In this document: one piece after another, positions 43,321-57,361 of the stretch
Position numbering within the stretch: the first letter of the stretch is position 1
Layout of the letters: every line of letters starts with the position of its first letter
NCBI GenBank assembly: GCA_951406725.2
Contig: OX597837.1
Coordinates: 16,554,001 to 16,618,000 of the forward strand
From: Octopus vulgaris
Lineage: Eukaryota
Reading direction: 5' to 3'
DNA length: 64,000 nt
Notes under the pieces: model-generated
Seen by the model: only the letters and a program-made list of their open reading frames with translations
The model's database searches: none
What the model was told of the DNA's origin: nothing
Made by a program: the position numbers and the translations under genes

Positions 43321-43323
43321 ATG

Positions 43324-43372
<49 letters not shown>

Positions 43373-43620
43373 ATATATGTGTGTGTGTGTATATATACAT
43401 ATATACATACACACACACATATATATATAGAATGTGGCAGTCCTATAACGGACGATGTTATTATTGTATTAGCCCCAAGAAAACCTCTTTTCCAGCTGAC
43501 TATTGACACACAGTTTGTGTTCGTATGGCATTTGCAAAGGAGGTCATCGCTCCCATCTCTAGCCTTATGTGATACTCACAGGCCTAAGCTGGTGACCATG
43601 TGTGTGTTTGTGTGTGTGTA

Positions 43621-44255
43621 CAGAGTACGGTGAATAAATTATCGTCTAAATTATGAAAAAACGAAAATAACACCGACTGCTCATTTTTACAGATATTTTT
43701 TTTTACCAAAATTACATAAAAATATCTTGAAATATCTAAAGAGTAAATTTATTCAATAATATCACCATTGGCTTCAACCACAGCCTCCAGACGACTTTGG
43801 ACTCTCCTGCTACTCTTCTGGATAGTCTCCTTGTTTAAGTTGGTGAATGCTGCCATAATCCTTGCCTTCTGTTCATCTTTGGTGTTACAAACAGTTTTGT
43901 TGGTCTCTTGTTCAACTGTGTCCCGCACATAATAATTAAGGGAGTTGCAGTCTGGGGAGTAAGGTGGCCAGATGTGATCGCAGAAATTATCTGATATCCA
44001 TGACTAGGTTCTCCTGCTTGTGTATCATGGCGCAAAATCCCGTTGCCAGGCATATGGGTCTTCCAGCAGCCACCCTCTTGTCCCAAGTCAACACTACCTC
44101 CTCCAGGCACTTGATGTGGGCCGCTGTGTTGCGTCTGAGGCCATGTGGGAAAGCATTGCGTCACCATCACTAGTGATCACTTCAAATACCATGATGTTGA
44201 CTGGATGTTTGGTTTTTATCACTCTCGGTACATATTTTGGGGACACGGCAGACAC
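43621..44255 (-). pseudogene. maT/DD37D-like Tc1-mariner transposase, 3' half with TIR
   Basis: KHPVNIMVF...QDFAP...WPPYSPDCNSLNYYV...RLEAVVEANGDIIE; the TIR follows TA at 43619-43620. Confidence 0.85.
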
Positions 44256-44259
44256 TTGT

Positions 44260-47200
44260 ATTGATAATCAAACACTGAAATGTTCGTATCGGCGCTTCTG
44301 GGAAATGAAAAGAGGCTTACCTACCTACCTCTCTTGTCTGCGCCTGTCTAGTAGTCTCTCCAGCGATCCTGCCCTACCCTGTCTCCCAGTATAAGCGGCT
44401 GCTACCTGACCAACCCGTCCGTTTACGAAGCGTGCCCCAAAGTCTGTGCATCTATTCACATAAGAATCGCAAATGAAGAATTTTTGGAATGTCATACAAA
44501 TACTCACATTGCCACTAATAGATTAGATTTTAAGAATCGGAATCAGTTTATGTTCTTTTCCGTGAAACCGAGTATTTCTAGTTTGTTTTTTTTTGTTTTG
44601 TTTTTTTTTGCGAAAATTTGTTGGTATATAACCTAATTCACCTATGATAATAAGTACAAATGAGAACTCATAGGCAGAGTACAAGAGTTGTAAGTTCCGC
44701 ATTAATTCGCCATAAATGTACTCTTTTCCTGGACTTTTCATTGTACATTCACATCTGCTGGACAGCTGACCTCTACAATAGCGCATGACTTTCGTTACCT
44801 CTCCCATAAAACAATATCAGGTCTCTTATGTTTGCAACGAATTGATGTTTTGATTTGGATGTCCCATCAATACTCCTTGTTTTTAAAGGTGTGAATACCT
44901 GCTGGTTCTGACATACCTTTGATATATACGTCAGAGCAGTCCTCCCTGCGGAGAGCATTGTAAATAGCCTTTACAACTATATCATACCTCAGGAGCTGGT
45001 AGTATCTCGCAGATATTTTTGGGCAGTTGCTGATGATGTGGATCATATCTTTCTCACAAGTATAGCAGAGCTGACATCTTTTATCACAACGTGGAGGTTT
45101 GGTGGAATCGTTGACCCTCTTGTTTATCAGGTATTTAGTAGCTGGATAGCGAAGCCATAACCTTCTGAGTGGAAAACAATGTATTTATCGCAAGTCCAGG
45201 AGAGGTTACTCTTCTTGTCAATGATATCGTTGCACTCTAGCTTACAGGTTCTGTACCCCTGCATTGCTTTTTGCTGGTATGATGCCTGCTTCTTCTCCAG
45301 GATTTTGTTTAAGTAGATCAGTCTGTCCTTTTTTGGGTCGCATCAGAGTTATATTCTCAGAATACCTGCACAGTTGTTCTTCTCCAACTCTGAAGATATT
45401 GTTCTCACTTTTGAGTATGCATAGAATGTATTCATTTCTTGTTTTACTGTTCGGCAGGTGTTGTGTGAGTGATACAATGCGACATTCAAAGGCTGTTGGG
45501 ACTGACCTTATGCATCGACCACCACCACTTCGTTTCACGTAAACCCTATCGGTGTCAGTTAATATGGAAGTTATCAGTGGTGGTCAGTATTTGTCTGGTT
45601 TTGATGTCCAAATTGCATATCTCACCGAGTGTCCAATTCAATATCCCAAATGTTGGTACTAACACTGGTACTGCAAAAGCATTATGAGGTATGTCCTTGT
45701 TAAACGCAAACATTGTAGTGTAGGTAGATAAATAGTCGAATGATCTCCCTTGCAAGAAAGATCATCGAGTAACCCCTAAGTTTCTCGAAACATCTGTGTC
45801 ATGAGACGTGATTCTTAATTATTCAAGAAGCTTAGCGTTTCTCTTGGAAGTTTCTAGAATGGCTAACGTTCCATTAATTAAAACAGCTTGCTAAACCATC
45901 TTTTCGCTGCTTAGTCGATTAGACTTAGAGCTATCTACATCGTTGCTATGTACGTCTATTTCTCTACGCCACCACTTAGATGTTATTCTATATTTTCTAT
46001 CTCTGCATTTCCTTGCATAGATTACTTCATTCAACTAGTTTCCACAATTTGATTCCATGTATTTTCATCGAGAGAAGAATAAAATATATCTTTATGTAGT
46101 AAATATATAGATCTTGAATTTATTCTCTTCATCTCTCAATGAATTCTTGTAATAACATATATGCAGCCACATCAATACCTTGTACTGACTATATATTCCA
46201 CTACACAGACAGTTCTGATTTCTATATTTTCCGGGGTCTACAGAACTCTTTTATCATTCTGGCTTTAGTCACAGCACCAACATATGCAACATCCTCATCG
46301 ATTCCAAGGTATTTGTAGCTTTCGTCATTAGAGATAGAGGAGGCAGACAAGCCATTGATGTACATGTTCTCTGCCTGGTCGACAACCTTTCCTCGGTTGA
46401 CACGTACGAGCATTTATCTTGCCCAGACTCCATTCTTATATCTCATGTGAATGTTGCGACTATTTCTAATTGTTCCTTGATTTTGGTCATTTTACCAAAA
46501 TATAGCTTTCAGTAATCAACAAAAAATGTGTGAGCAACATTAACTTAATTTTTTTCTGCATATCTTAGCATGTAGCCTTGTTATTTTGTTAACAGGGCTG
46601 ACAAAGGACTCACTACCAGTACAAACAGCATTACAGATAGACTATCACCCTGTTGATAGCTTAATTCTGTTTGTGACAATAGGTTTTGCTCTAGTAGTTG
46701 TCAGTGATAATTATGTGGACCATGCTGTGGTCAGTCTTTCAATGGCATTCCCGATAGCAGCTGGTACTTTAGCAAGATGTAGTGATTCTATTATCCACTC
46801 ACGGGGCACAGAATCGAACGCTTCCTTGTAATCTAGCAATATCGCAAAGAGGTTATGGCAATGTTGCTTGGCTTCCTTAAGGACAGCTTTGTTGAGGAGG
46901 TGCTGTTGAGCACAGCCCGAGACTCTTTTCTTTCCTCTTGCCTCTTCATCGGTTATCACTGCGTTTGTTTGGCAGGGATCTTGGAGAAACATATTCAGAC
47001 AGCCTGGATACAGTTTATACATAACATTTAGGTATACTATGGGCCTACAGTTTTTGGCCACACATGGGTCTTTGTTCTTGGGGATAAGAGTAGTCTGAGT
47101 AACCGTCAGCCAATCTGGTACATCTAGTTCAGCATGTTATTTTTTTAAACAGGATCGCGAGAATTTCCCCGTGGAAAGTTGTTTTTTTTTGTACCAGTAG

Positions 47201-47775
47201 CCTACTATCAGGTATCTTCCAGGTGATTTTTCATTCGGCAGTTTCATAATAAGCGCCAGGAGTGTTTCACTGGTAATATAGTATATTTCGGGAGAGGCAT
47301 TTACACAATACTCAGCTCGTAGGTCGTTTAACCATGTTGCATCGCGGTTGTGTTCTTCGTTTGCATTTCAGATTCCCTGCAAAATGATTCTAAGTATGCC
47401 CGGAGAGAAGCATGTATTATCATGATTGTATCACCTTTCATATTGTGATATACTGCTTGTGGGTTTCGGGCAAATTTGCAGTTTATCATGTTTCGTTCAT
47501 AGAATGTTTGACAATAACGAAGGTTTTCACTTATCGCTTGGAGATTGAGGGTGATAAGTTTTCCTGTGAGCGTTTCTCGGCAGCTGTTCCCATACAAATT
47601 GGAGAATCTATCATGCAATCGTAGCTGGCGATTCGTGAACTCATTTTTAGCTTTGCATTTGATGATAGTGCCCAACTGTCCTATCTTTTTCGTGAGTCCG
47701 TTGATGTTATTTTGGATGGAGACAATCCATTTTGGCTCTTGTTATTTAGGAAGAAGATAATCCATTTTTTAGTTC
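44260..47775 (-). mobile_element. R4/Dong-clade non-LTR retrotransposon (RT, CCHC and RLE), decayed
   Basis: NCRPIVYLNVMYKL, LDYKEAFDSVPREWI, FVDY (decayed YxDD), YKYLGI, KRSGGGR, CQLC...HIISNC, PDIVL...IVEVSCP. Confidence 0.88.
45714..46205. mobile_element. solo LTR nested in the Dong element
   Basis: TGTAGTG...CACTACA termini and an imperfect target duplication caaaca/cagaca; it splits the Dong reading frame KSELS|AFNK. Confidence 0.75.
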
Positions 47776-48733
47776 TATGTATGTATGTATGTATGTATGT
47801 ATGTATGTATGTATGTATGTATGTATGTATGTATGTATGTATGTATGTATGTATGTATGTATGTATGTATGTGTCGTTACCACTTGTACTAGAGCTGATT
47901 GGCTAACTGCTTGGAGCTGTATGTGACTGCTGATGTTGGGAGCTACTGTGAGCTTTTGGGTGCTGGTTGTTATTTCTAGCGTCGAATGTCAACGGTTGTA
48001 CATATAAGAAAACGAACAATCTTTTATTCTTGTTGAGAAATTTTGGATATTATTGTTCTTGGTGTAATTGAAATAGTATTACGACAAATGTTGAACAAAT
48101 TACCGTTGTGTGTGTGTGTGTAAAAGGAGTGAGATGCTCCAATAATGCCATTGTCGCTATAATCGAAGTTTACATGCTAAATTTGGCTTTCATCCTTACA
48201 AAGATGGTGGTAAAATAAATACTAATTATGTACAGGATTCAATCAACTACTTACTAGTCACTCCATCTTCGGGGAAAATAAACATGTGGCCTTGAAACAA
48301 GGCATTTGAGACGTTTTTCCGTTCATTTCTTAAAAAAAAGAAAAGAAGAAAAAGTGAGAGCGAGAGAAGCACGTAAAGTCGAAGAAGACGTAACTCGAAA
48401 CAACGTAAGTTGATCTCTTCCTTACATACGTCTCTGTTTCTCTACATAGGTCTGAACTGAAATTCGCGTCGAGGTCGAATTAGTTTTCTATCTACGAGAG
48501 TAATTTATAACAAAGTACCAGTAAAAGAGATCAATTAAATAGACTATTTTCCTACTTGAAAAATCTGACGTTGTGATTCTGTTTTTTAAAAATATCAATA
48601 TTTAGAAAGAAAGGAAAACCGAGCGAATCAAACTAAATATTCATGTAGAAAAATGTTGGGGGAATCAACACGAGAGATATAATTCGGCATAAGTTGGTGT
48701 TGTAATGTTAGTACAAATTAAACCGTGATCGAG

Positions 48734-48943
48734 CAAAACTACGTAGGTACGCCAAATTTGAAAAACAATTGGAACAAAATAGAAATGATCCCAAGATGGT
48801 CCACTCCCGCCAAAAAGATGAAATGGTCTCGACTGGCTTTTGTTCAAAGGTTTGTTCGAGGATCTTTTCTGTTTCGTTCAGTTTTCAATTCTTTGAATTT
48901 TGTTCCAATTGTTTTTCACATTTGGTATACCTATGTAGTTTTG
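48734..48943. repeat. 47-bp inverted repeat (MITE-like)
   Basis: caaaactacgtaggtacgccaaatttgaaaaacaattggaacaaaat pairs with attttgttccaattgtttttcacatttggtatacctatgtagttttg. Confidence 0.75.
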
Positions 48944-49710
48944 TTGGGGGGGGGGTCTCTTTGGCTGCATTTTTTGAAATTTTAGAATTAAGTAAAAAAT
49001 TTTCCAAATTTGGTGTATTGATGTAATTTTTCACATTGAATCTCAGGGCCTAATTTACTTGTTTCAGAGAAATAATTTTTTTTAAGTTATAGAAGTTTAA
49101 AGTGTGATAATTTTTATCCAGTAAGAAAACAGGATTTGGAAGCTGTCACTTTATGTGTGACTGCACGTATTCTCAACGTTGCAACGATAGCGCGTGTTTT
49201 GATATCAAACTACAAACAAATGAAACATTGGCGGAATTCTGCTTTATGTACGCTGTATAACCCCTCATAACTTTATTTTATTTTTTGTAATTGTTTCTAG
49301 TTATGTTAGGTAAGCTACGTATTGCCAGCTTGCCGTAAACACCAAGTAGTATGCCTCTCAGTATGTAATTGTTGCTCTTGTTAGTTGTTAAATGTTCGCG
49401 GGTGTTGGTCAATTACTTCTTCATGCAGCCCAAGAAACATTTTCATTCATTAACTCAACCTGCAATTACAGCAACCACCAACAACGACAACATCCATGCG
49501 ATAGTATTGACTTCAGTGCTCAATTGGTATTTATTTTATCAACACCGAAACAGTGAAAGGCAAAGTTGACCTTGGCGAAATTTGAATTCAGAACCTAAAG
49601 AGCTGGAAGAAATGTCACCAAGTATTTTGCCTGACTCGCTTATGATTCTACTAGCTGCACACATTAAATGTTCATTGGATTAATACAAATTTCCCGTACG
49701 ACATACTTAC

Positions 49711-49860
49711 CTTCAATCACCTCAATATATTCAAAGAAAAAACATTCTCTTAGTTTTATTTCATTGCTAAATTTAGCTTAGTTCTACTGAATATTATTTT
49801 GCATTTATTTTATTATACCGCTCTTTGTCGACTTTAGCAGTTTCGTCTGGATTCCAAAAC
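49711..49860 (-). other. candidate non-coding first exon
   Basis: Perfect AAG|GTAAGT donor at 49711/49710, downstream of a GC/CpG-rich motif gcgcccgcgaggcg (about 49867-49880). Confidence 0.3.
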
Positions 49861-49908
49861 AAAACAGCGCCCGCGAGGCGTCAAAATTTTCGTTGTACAA
49901 CTGCTATC

Positions 49909-50075
49909 TAGTAGCATAGCTACAGTATATACAGCCAGGGTAGCCCTTCAGTTTGTCTCCTACCCCGGACCCCTAAGTCTACACAGGCTTATACAGCAGA
50001 CTCCAAGGTGCTGCCCCCATAAAAGTGTTGCCTGGAATGGACCACATCCCTCTCCGTTTCCTAACTACGTCACTG
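49909..50075. mobile_element. MITE with CAGTGGCGTAGCTA-type TIRs, degraded
   Basis: tagtagcatagcta ... taactacgtcactg. Confidence 0.45.
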
Positions 50076-50144
50076 TTACAACCTGGTCATTGGCAGTTCG
50101 ACAGCAACTGCAACTGCGCAACGTAAATTGTGACTCTTTAGAAC

Positions 50145-50470
50145 TTAGATAAATAATAGATAATTTAGATAACTTAGATGTGTTTCAACCAAAGATTGGC
50201 TCAGGTCATGTCTAACTTAATAGCACCACTTAATAGGGTCTTTCAAGTCATTTTTAAAACAAGTTTTGTGGTATCATGGCCCATTCAAGCAAGGATTTGT
50301 TGTTGACTGAGATGTATCCAGGTATAGGTAGCTTATCTGGTAAGGCGATGGGATCATTGTCTTTTCTGATTTGTTTTGGAATAATGTTGAATAGAGCAGG
50401 GCCTGTTGAAAAGAAATTGTGTTGCAGGAGGCTGCTATGTGTTTATTAAATATCTCTTCTTCGATGTAGT
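50145..50470 (-). mobile_element. CR1 family X 3' fragment
   Basis: Reverse of gtggtgctattaagttagacatgacc, plus ORF2 C-terminal residues. Confidence 0.75.
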
Positions 50471-50477
50471 TGACTAA

Positions 50478-50547
<70 letters not shown>

Positions 50548-51622
50548 CGATGAGGTTGTGTTTGGGTTGTAGTGATGGCATGGGTGACGGTTCGATAGGT
50601 GTTTGGTGATGAAGATGCTACTGCTGTAAAAACTTGTTTTTGTTGTTATTACGTTGGGATCGTTGGTGAAGCTAGGAGAATCATTAGGGCGTTGGACGAA
50701 ATGCTTAGCGGCATTTCTTGCGACTCTCTACGTTCTGAGTTCAAATTCTGCTAAGGTCGGTTTTGCTTTTCATCCTTTTGGTGGCGATAAAATAACGTAC
50801 CAGCTGAACGGTGGGATCGATGTAATCGAATTGAACCCTTCCCCACTAAATTGATGGCATTGTACCTATTGTGGAAAGCATTGTTATCGGATCAAGGACA
50901 TTGCTCTCCTAACCACTCCGTGTTTTTTTTTATTATTCTTTTTTTATTTACCTAGACTACAGTATCCAATGTACGTTCTCAATTTTATTTTTAGTTGATC
51001 GGTGATTTGGTTGCTATTTCGAGCAGGTCTTGTGATCACGTAAACGCTACAGCTTGTTGAAAGACTGACCAGGATGACTATTTGATGGGTTTTGTTGTTA
51101 TTGTTGTTGGTGTCATTATTGATGTTGCTGGAAGTGACGATGCTTGTGTTATTGTTGTTGGTGGTAGTGGTGGTAGTGTGTGTGTGTGTGAGAGGGAATT
51201 CCTGTGACGTTGATGTTGATGTTATTAATGTTGTTACAGTTGTTAGTGGTAGTGGCTGTGGCGATGATGGTGTTGCTAGTTGGGGTGACGATGATGATGT
51301 TGGCGGCGGCGGCGACGGCGGTGGTTGGTTGGGGTGAAGGTAGGATGGAGTTGGTGATGGTGATACTTTATTATTAGCATTATTGCTCTTTCTCATAAAC
51401 TCACTGTTATCTCTTTTTGTTTTCCACGAAAGAATGTCTCCTATCCTCTTAGTTCAGAGATCCGTGTTTATTTTGTATGACATTATTTTTGAAAACAAAA
51501 CCGGATTGGGGAAACCAACAAATTAGTCAGAGGAAATATATATACTCTCAGTACACAGAGAGGACGTTTTACAAGCACCATCAGGGATGCAGTCGACCTC
51601 AGTCCTTAGGTTGATTTTTTTC

Positions 51623-52190
51623 TAAAATTGGTCATTCGAAGTATAGAGTTTGTACACAGTGCTATTGAACCGCGGGTTTATTTAAATAACCATCGATTCA
51701 ATAGCACTGTGTACAAACTCTATACTTGTAATGACCAATTTTAAATACTATTGGAATTTACTCACAAAGTATTGGAATCTTATATGTATACCATCTGCCT
51801 AAATAATGGAACTACAAATGCAATATCCCTGCATATCTCACATCTATTTTCATTCCGCCACTTCACTCACTATTTCATATCTTATCTCAATTAACTATTG
51901 CTTAACCATTTTCTCACACCGTCTCCGATGAAGGGATATATAAAATATCCCAGAAACAGCTGTAAGACTTTCTATTTATAAATGTTCTAAATTCTTCACA
52001 GCCTTGGTTTTTTTTATCTCATTCTGAAAAAGAAATTTATATATACACATGCTGATATATGATCTACGTTGGACTCCTTATTCGCATAATCACCGAACCT
52101 GGAGCTTAACTATGGTCTGTCCGTAGCACTTACTCAGCATTTCCTGACACATTTGGGTCTTATTGACACCATTACCTCTCATAACCTGTA
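51623..52190 (+). mobile_element. Penelope-like element remnant (inverted 5' junction, ORF end, pLTR)
   Basis: 121-bp palindrome at 51623-51743; KVLESY...LNN resembles the GIY-YIG C-terminus; hammerhead at 51921. Confidence 0.65.
51921..51968 (+). ncRNA. minimal type I hammerhead ribozyme motif
   Basis: gtct (stem I), CCGATGA, a, gggatat-ataaa-atatccc (stem II), a, GAAACAGCTGT (palindromic stem III), A, agac (stem I'). Confidence 0.7.
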
Positions 52191-52222
<32 letters not shown>

Positions 52223-52424
52223 ATTTATGTGTGTGTGTGTGTGTGTGTGTGTATACACACACACACATATTCCATTGGTGGGTTAGCTTGCTGAAACTTC
52301 GAAGTCACTCTCAGTACTATTCTTGTTAAAGAATAATAAATTTCTCCATAACCAAAAGTATTCTGTAATCTTTCAGTTTAATGCAAAATTGTTTTTATTA
52401 AAGTATAAAAAAGGCCATTATATA

Positions 52425-52471
<47 letters not shown>

Positions 52472-52477
<6 letters not shown>

Positions 52478-53111
52478 GGATAGGTTGTATTCCATCTAAT
52501 GTGACTCTGCTCAGAAGGCTGTAATATCATTTGACAGGAGCACGGTATAAAGAAATACATGGGACAAGGTGCTAACTGCAAATGTCTTTAATGCCAGCCA
52601 CATAAGCTGAATGATAAATGGAAGTGGTTGATGGACATTTATTCATGTATCTACTTACATCTGTGTGGGTTGTTTGTTGGCTGTTAACCCTAGTGAGAAG
52701 CTCACGAACAGCAGTATGTTAGAACCTGTGCAGTGTTGTCACTGCTGTGTAGATGTTGTTCAGAGACATGATGGTGGTGACGAAGATGGGGCTCGCTGTA
52801 ATGTGGTCAGTGGTTAGACCTTAGAAGGTCTAAAACCAACAGACTCCGAGACTAGGAGGAGGTGAGATTTTATACCTAACAGTAGGCTCAAATGTAGTTT
52901 AGAACAGACTGTCTCACGTGATTCATGTGGAGGCTGTGATTGGTTAGGTTGCATATTGGCGTGCCATAGAGTAAGAGAAAATATTCACCAATACCAACCA
53001 TTCAGAGTGGTAGACACAACGGGGTCCAAAACAGCGTCCAAAGGTTAGCTGTTACCTGTTACGTTCGTATGTACGCATACATAATATAGAGAGGAAGTTC
53101 ATTAGAGTTCG

Positions 53112-53117
<6 letters not shown>
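52472..53117 (-). mobile_element. diverged solo LTR related to 54811-55907
   Basis: Reverse-complement similarity (aacagctaacctt...ttgtgtc..cactctga..gttggtattg...accaatc.cagcct). Confidence 0.6.
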
Positions 53118-53163
<46 letters not shown>

Positions 53164-53280
53164 AGAGAGAGAGATAGTTACGGACGGTTTATGGGATTAT
53201 CTATAACTGTCTTTATCTAAATACTCTACTGCTCTATAACTTAGAGTGTGCTTCCTCTTCGACTTTATGATTTACTGACG

Positions 53281-53405
<125 letters not shown>

Positions 53406-54129
53406 CATACATACATACAGACCAAAAGGAGTAAAAGTATAAACGTGGCAAAATAACTGGTATCAGGTTCGATTCTGACATTTATATCTTTAAATATGAT
53501 GTTGGATACGTTTAGATCGTAAGAAAGAAGGAAGTAAATAGACGTGTGAAGAGTCTCTTACATCTGTTTCAAGAACAGATGCGCAAATGATGCATGTTGT
53601 GCCTAGCAAGCGGTACAAATCTGTATACTGAGATACACAGATGCCTATGGCCTTTATGAGCCTTAATCTGGTCCTGGTCTTATTGACCCCGAAAGGATGA
53701 AAAATAAAGTTGAGCTCGGTGCGATTTGAAATCATTGTGCATAGATTTGGAACAAATACCGCACGGCATTCCATCCCAAGCGTGCATGCACGCACATGCA
53801 TGCATGCATGCATACATACATACGTGTACAAACACTTACACACTCACATACAAGCACGCACTCACATAAATCCACTCTCACACATATATATGCGTATACA
53901 CACACTTATGTATTACAGATATAAGTACACACACATATACGTACATACATACATACGGATGCACGCACATATTCACTCACCCACTCACAAACAAACATAC
54001 ACTGAGAAGTACTCTGACACAATAAAAACAGTCCGACGCCAAATTAAATACTTTACTAAGGAGGTCATATTAAAAAAAAACCCTTGACAAATTGTTGTAT
54101 TTATAATGGTCATGACAGCTAGAAGGACA

Positions 54130-54720
54130 GACATACCACAGGAATAATTTCTACTTCTGTAGGTCGCCTCCTGTCCACCTGGACCTTAAATGCACAGCTC
54201 AAGTTGTAGGTCGAAGAGAAATCCATCCATCATGTTTTGACCGGACAAAGAAATTTCTTTCGCCAGTGGTGGGTCAGACGAGCGAGAATTCTTAGATTCG
54301 GTTTCGAATCTTAGCTGTTAGTTTTTATAGCCTGAATGATTTTGTTTGGTAAGGTGACATGTTTCTTTTCAACAAATGTAGCTCACTGGCATTATTGATT
54401 TGTTGAAAAATTAGGAGAACGACGGGTATCTCTTATTCCAATATTCTTTAAGTCTCTTCGTGTAGTTTATCAAGGGCTCTTCCTGGCCCTTTCTGTAGAA
54501 CTGGTATAGGTCTTGGTTTAGTTCAAAATCCACTGGAATTTTTCTCGACGGCTTCACGATCTGCCATAGCTGACTCCGGTTTCTTTCGTTGCCATGGTGT
54601 ATGTATAGCAATTTTCCACATGGTTCGCATTTCACTATAAGATTACTGCTACGGCCTTTAAAAAAAGTTGTTTCTTTGCATTTACTCAAAGAAATTAACC
54701 ATTTCTTTTACAAGGCTTGC
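54130..54720 (-). mobile_element. R4/Dong-like ORF N-terminal fragment
   Basis: ORF 54411-54689 LYQFYRK...NYTKRLKEYWNKRYP resembles the N-terminal region of Dong/R4 proteins. Confidence 0.4.
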
Positions 54721-54810
54721 ATTAATGGCAAAAATTAAAGGGATGGTATTCATTATCCGGGATAATGAATAATTTCCCCCCATCAGCACTTGTCAAGCGG
54801 TGTTGGTATG

Positions 54811-54831
54811 TGTAGAGTACGCTTAGTGAAA

Positions 54832-54878
<47 letters not shown>

Positions 54879-55907
54879 ACTCATAACATAAATACGGACG
54901 TAGTAGATAACAGCTAACCTTCAGCCGCTTAGACCCTGTTGTGTCCACTACTCTGATTAGTTGGTATTGACGCAGTTTGTCTCTTGCTGTATTATGCGCC
55001 AAAGTGCGACCCAACCAATCGCAGCCTTCTGATAAGGTCCCGGACATAGTTTTTCTAAAGTTCCATTTGAGTCTATAATTTGCTATAAAACACAGCGATT
55101 CATCCAGTCTAGCGTCTTTGGTTCTAGACCACTGACCACAGAGCGACACAGCCAGTTCCAGCGACAGACTACATCAACAGCATTTACGGACCGCCACCTC
55201 CGTCGCCTTCATCTAAACGTCGCCTCCACCACCGTCGCCTTCATCTTATCGATGCCAACAATATCTCTACGTACACAGCAACCTCACTTTGGTTTAACTT
55301 CACGCTGTTTGCGAGTACTTCACCATGGTTAACAGCAAGCTCAACCTGCGAGAACCTTCTGTACCAAGTAACCTGGCAGCGGCATTGTAGCCACAACTGC
55401 TTACACGACATGTGCTTTCGACCGACTCTGCTTTTTTCGCCACAACTTCTTGTTACAGAACTTCTTCTATTGTGTACCTTACTACGAACTGGTATTTATC
55501 TTCATCTTGTGTCTGAACTTCTAGCGTCTTGTTGAAGACACTTTCTATGCTCTGTTATTTTCATCTTGTGTGAACATTCATCTAGCGTTCTATTGAAGGC
55601 ACTTTCTATGCTCTGTATTTTATCTCACACGCATACACCCTTGTTTGTACACACGCACATTATGTATGCTTGGCGGTCTGTCAATTATTGTTCTTATTAT
55701 ATATGTACTTCTGACGCACACACAGACACACACTCTGCTAACATTTAAATAAAACCTTTCTCTTAACATTCTACGGTTGTGTTGTCTTCCTTTTCCCTTG
55801 CTGGCACTCTTATTCATTTATCCATTTTTGCTTTTATTGTAAACGACCGTGCGGTGTATTAAGGAGTCATTCATTCGTCACCTCTCCTTTCGCTCGGTCG
55901 TTCTACA
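54811..55907 (+). mobile_element. Gypsy-type solo LTR inserted in a SINE A
   Basis: TGTAGA...TCTACA termini, a perfect 4-bp TSD tatg (54807-54810 and 55908-55911), and AATAAA near 55748; the flanks rejoin into the SINE A body. Confidence 0.88.
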
Positions 55908-56349
55908 TATGTTTACGTAACCGTAACTTGGCGGTTCGACACAAGCGACAGAATAAATACCAGGTTTTACAAAACAGGTACTGAGGTCGATTTGTTCGAG
56001 CAAAACCCTGCTAGGTTGTATTCCAGCATGACTGCAGACCAATGGCTGAAACGAGTAAAACAAAGCTACACACTTGGAGCTGCCACGGTATTACTCAAAC
56101 AACCGTAATCCTCACTGCATTCAATATTTGCATTAAGATTTCGGATTTGTATTGCCTGCCCTATATTTTCTTACAAGAAAAGGTTATTTCAATTATTTTT
56201 CTCATCCCCAAAGATGTGATTTTAACTAATTCAAAACATTTCGCTTACAACATAACGTATGTTAGGTCACACTTTACTACTAGTTTTCATATCACAGACG
56301 CCTCTAAGACTTTTCCCAGTCATTAATATATTATCCCAAAATAAGGTCG

Positions 56350-56760
56350 CAAATTGGACGAAATGCTAGGCAGTATTTCTGGCTCTTAACTTTATCGATT
56401 TACTTTTATTTTCTCGATTTCACGTTCTGAGTTCAAAGGCAGCCGGTGTCAACTTTGCCTTCCATCCTCTCGGAGTTGATAAAATAAGTACCAGTTGAGT
56501 ACTGAGATCGATGTAGTCGAATTACTACTTCCTCGAAATTGCTGTCAAATTATGTCAACATTTGAAACCAATATGGAAGTCATTTAAGGCGGCGAGCTGG
56601 CAGAATCGTTAGCCTGCCAGGCAAAATGCTTAGTGGTATTTCGTCCGTCCTTACGTTCTGAGTTCAAATTCCGTCGAGGTCCTTTCGGGATCGATGAAAT
56701 AACTATCAATTGAACACTGGAGTCGATGTAATCGATTTTGCCTCTTCCTCGAAATCGTCC
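56350..56760 (+). mobile_element. two tandem SINE family B copies
   Basis: A partial copy at about 56350-56575 and a copy starting ggcggcgagctggcagaatcgttagc at 56588. Confidence 0.8.
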
Positions 56761-57361
56761 TGAGGGAAATTTTGTTAAATTACTAAAGGGAAACTACTCG
56801 GTAAAATATACAGTTATCTCCCATAACTGACAAACGCGCACATATATTCTCTGAAATTTCTTTTTAATAAGTTGCATCCCATGACAAGCTTAACGCAATC
56901 GACTCGACTCGGTACAATTAACGCAAGTGCCTCTGACATTAGTATGTATAATCGATAGACACTTACTGAGGGGAGGGAAACAGCTGATATTTACTTGACT
57001 GATATTTATCACTTATAAACTTTTCCACTACACCATAAGGGAAATTACTGTATTATGTGCAACAATATATAAATCATGTATATACTTCTGAATAATAAAA
57101 AAAATGAATAAATATATAAGTAAAATAATAGTTAATAAACATAATAAAAATTCATCATTGTTATTACTATTAGTTCCATTTCGAAATTAATGTCACTTGA
57201 AATATTTTTTAAATAAAGGCTCCCCTGTCTTTGTTTTTCTGCTTTCATTTTTTTTTATCTGTGATTCATTGAAGAGGTTGAAGGACACTCCTTCGTCTAA
57301 TACTTTTTCAGAACCTTTACTTTAAGTATGAAAAACTCAAAGATTACGCCATGTATGTACT

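Noticed and set aside
50944-51396. Pro/Thr/Asn-rich 150-aa ORF
   Set aside because: It is low-complexity trinucleotide sequence with no domain or splice support.
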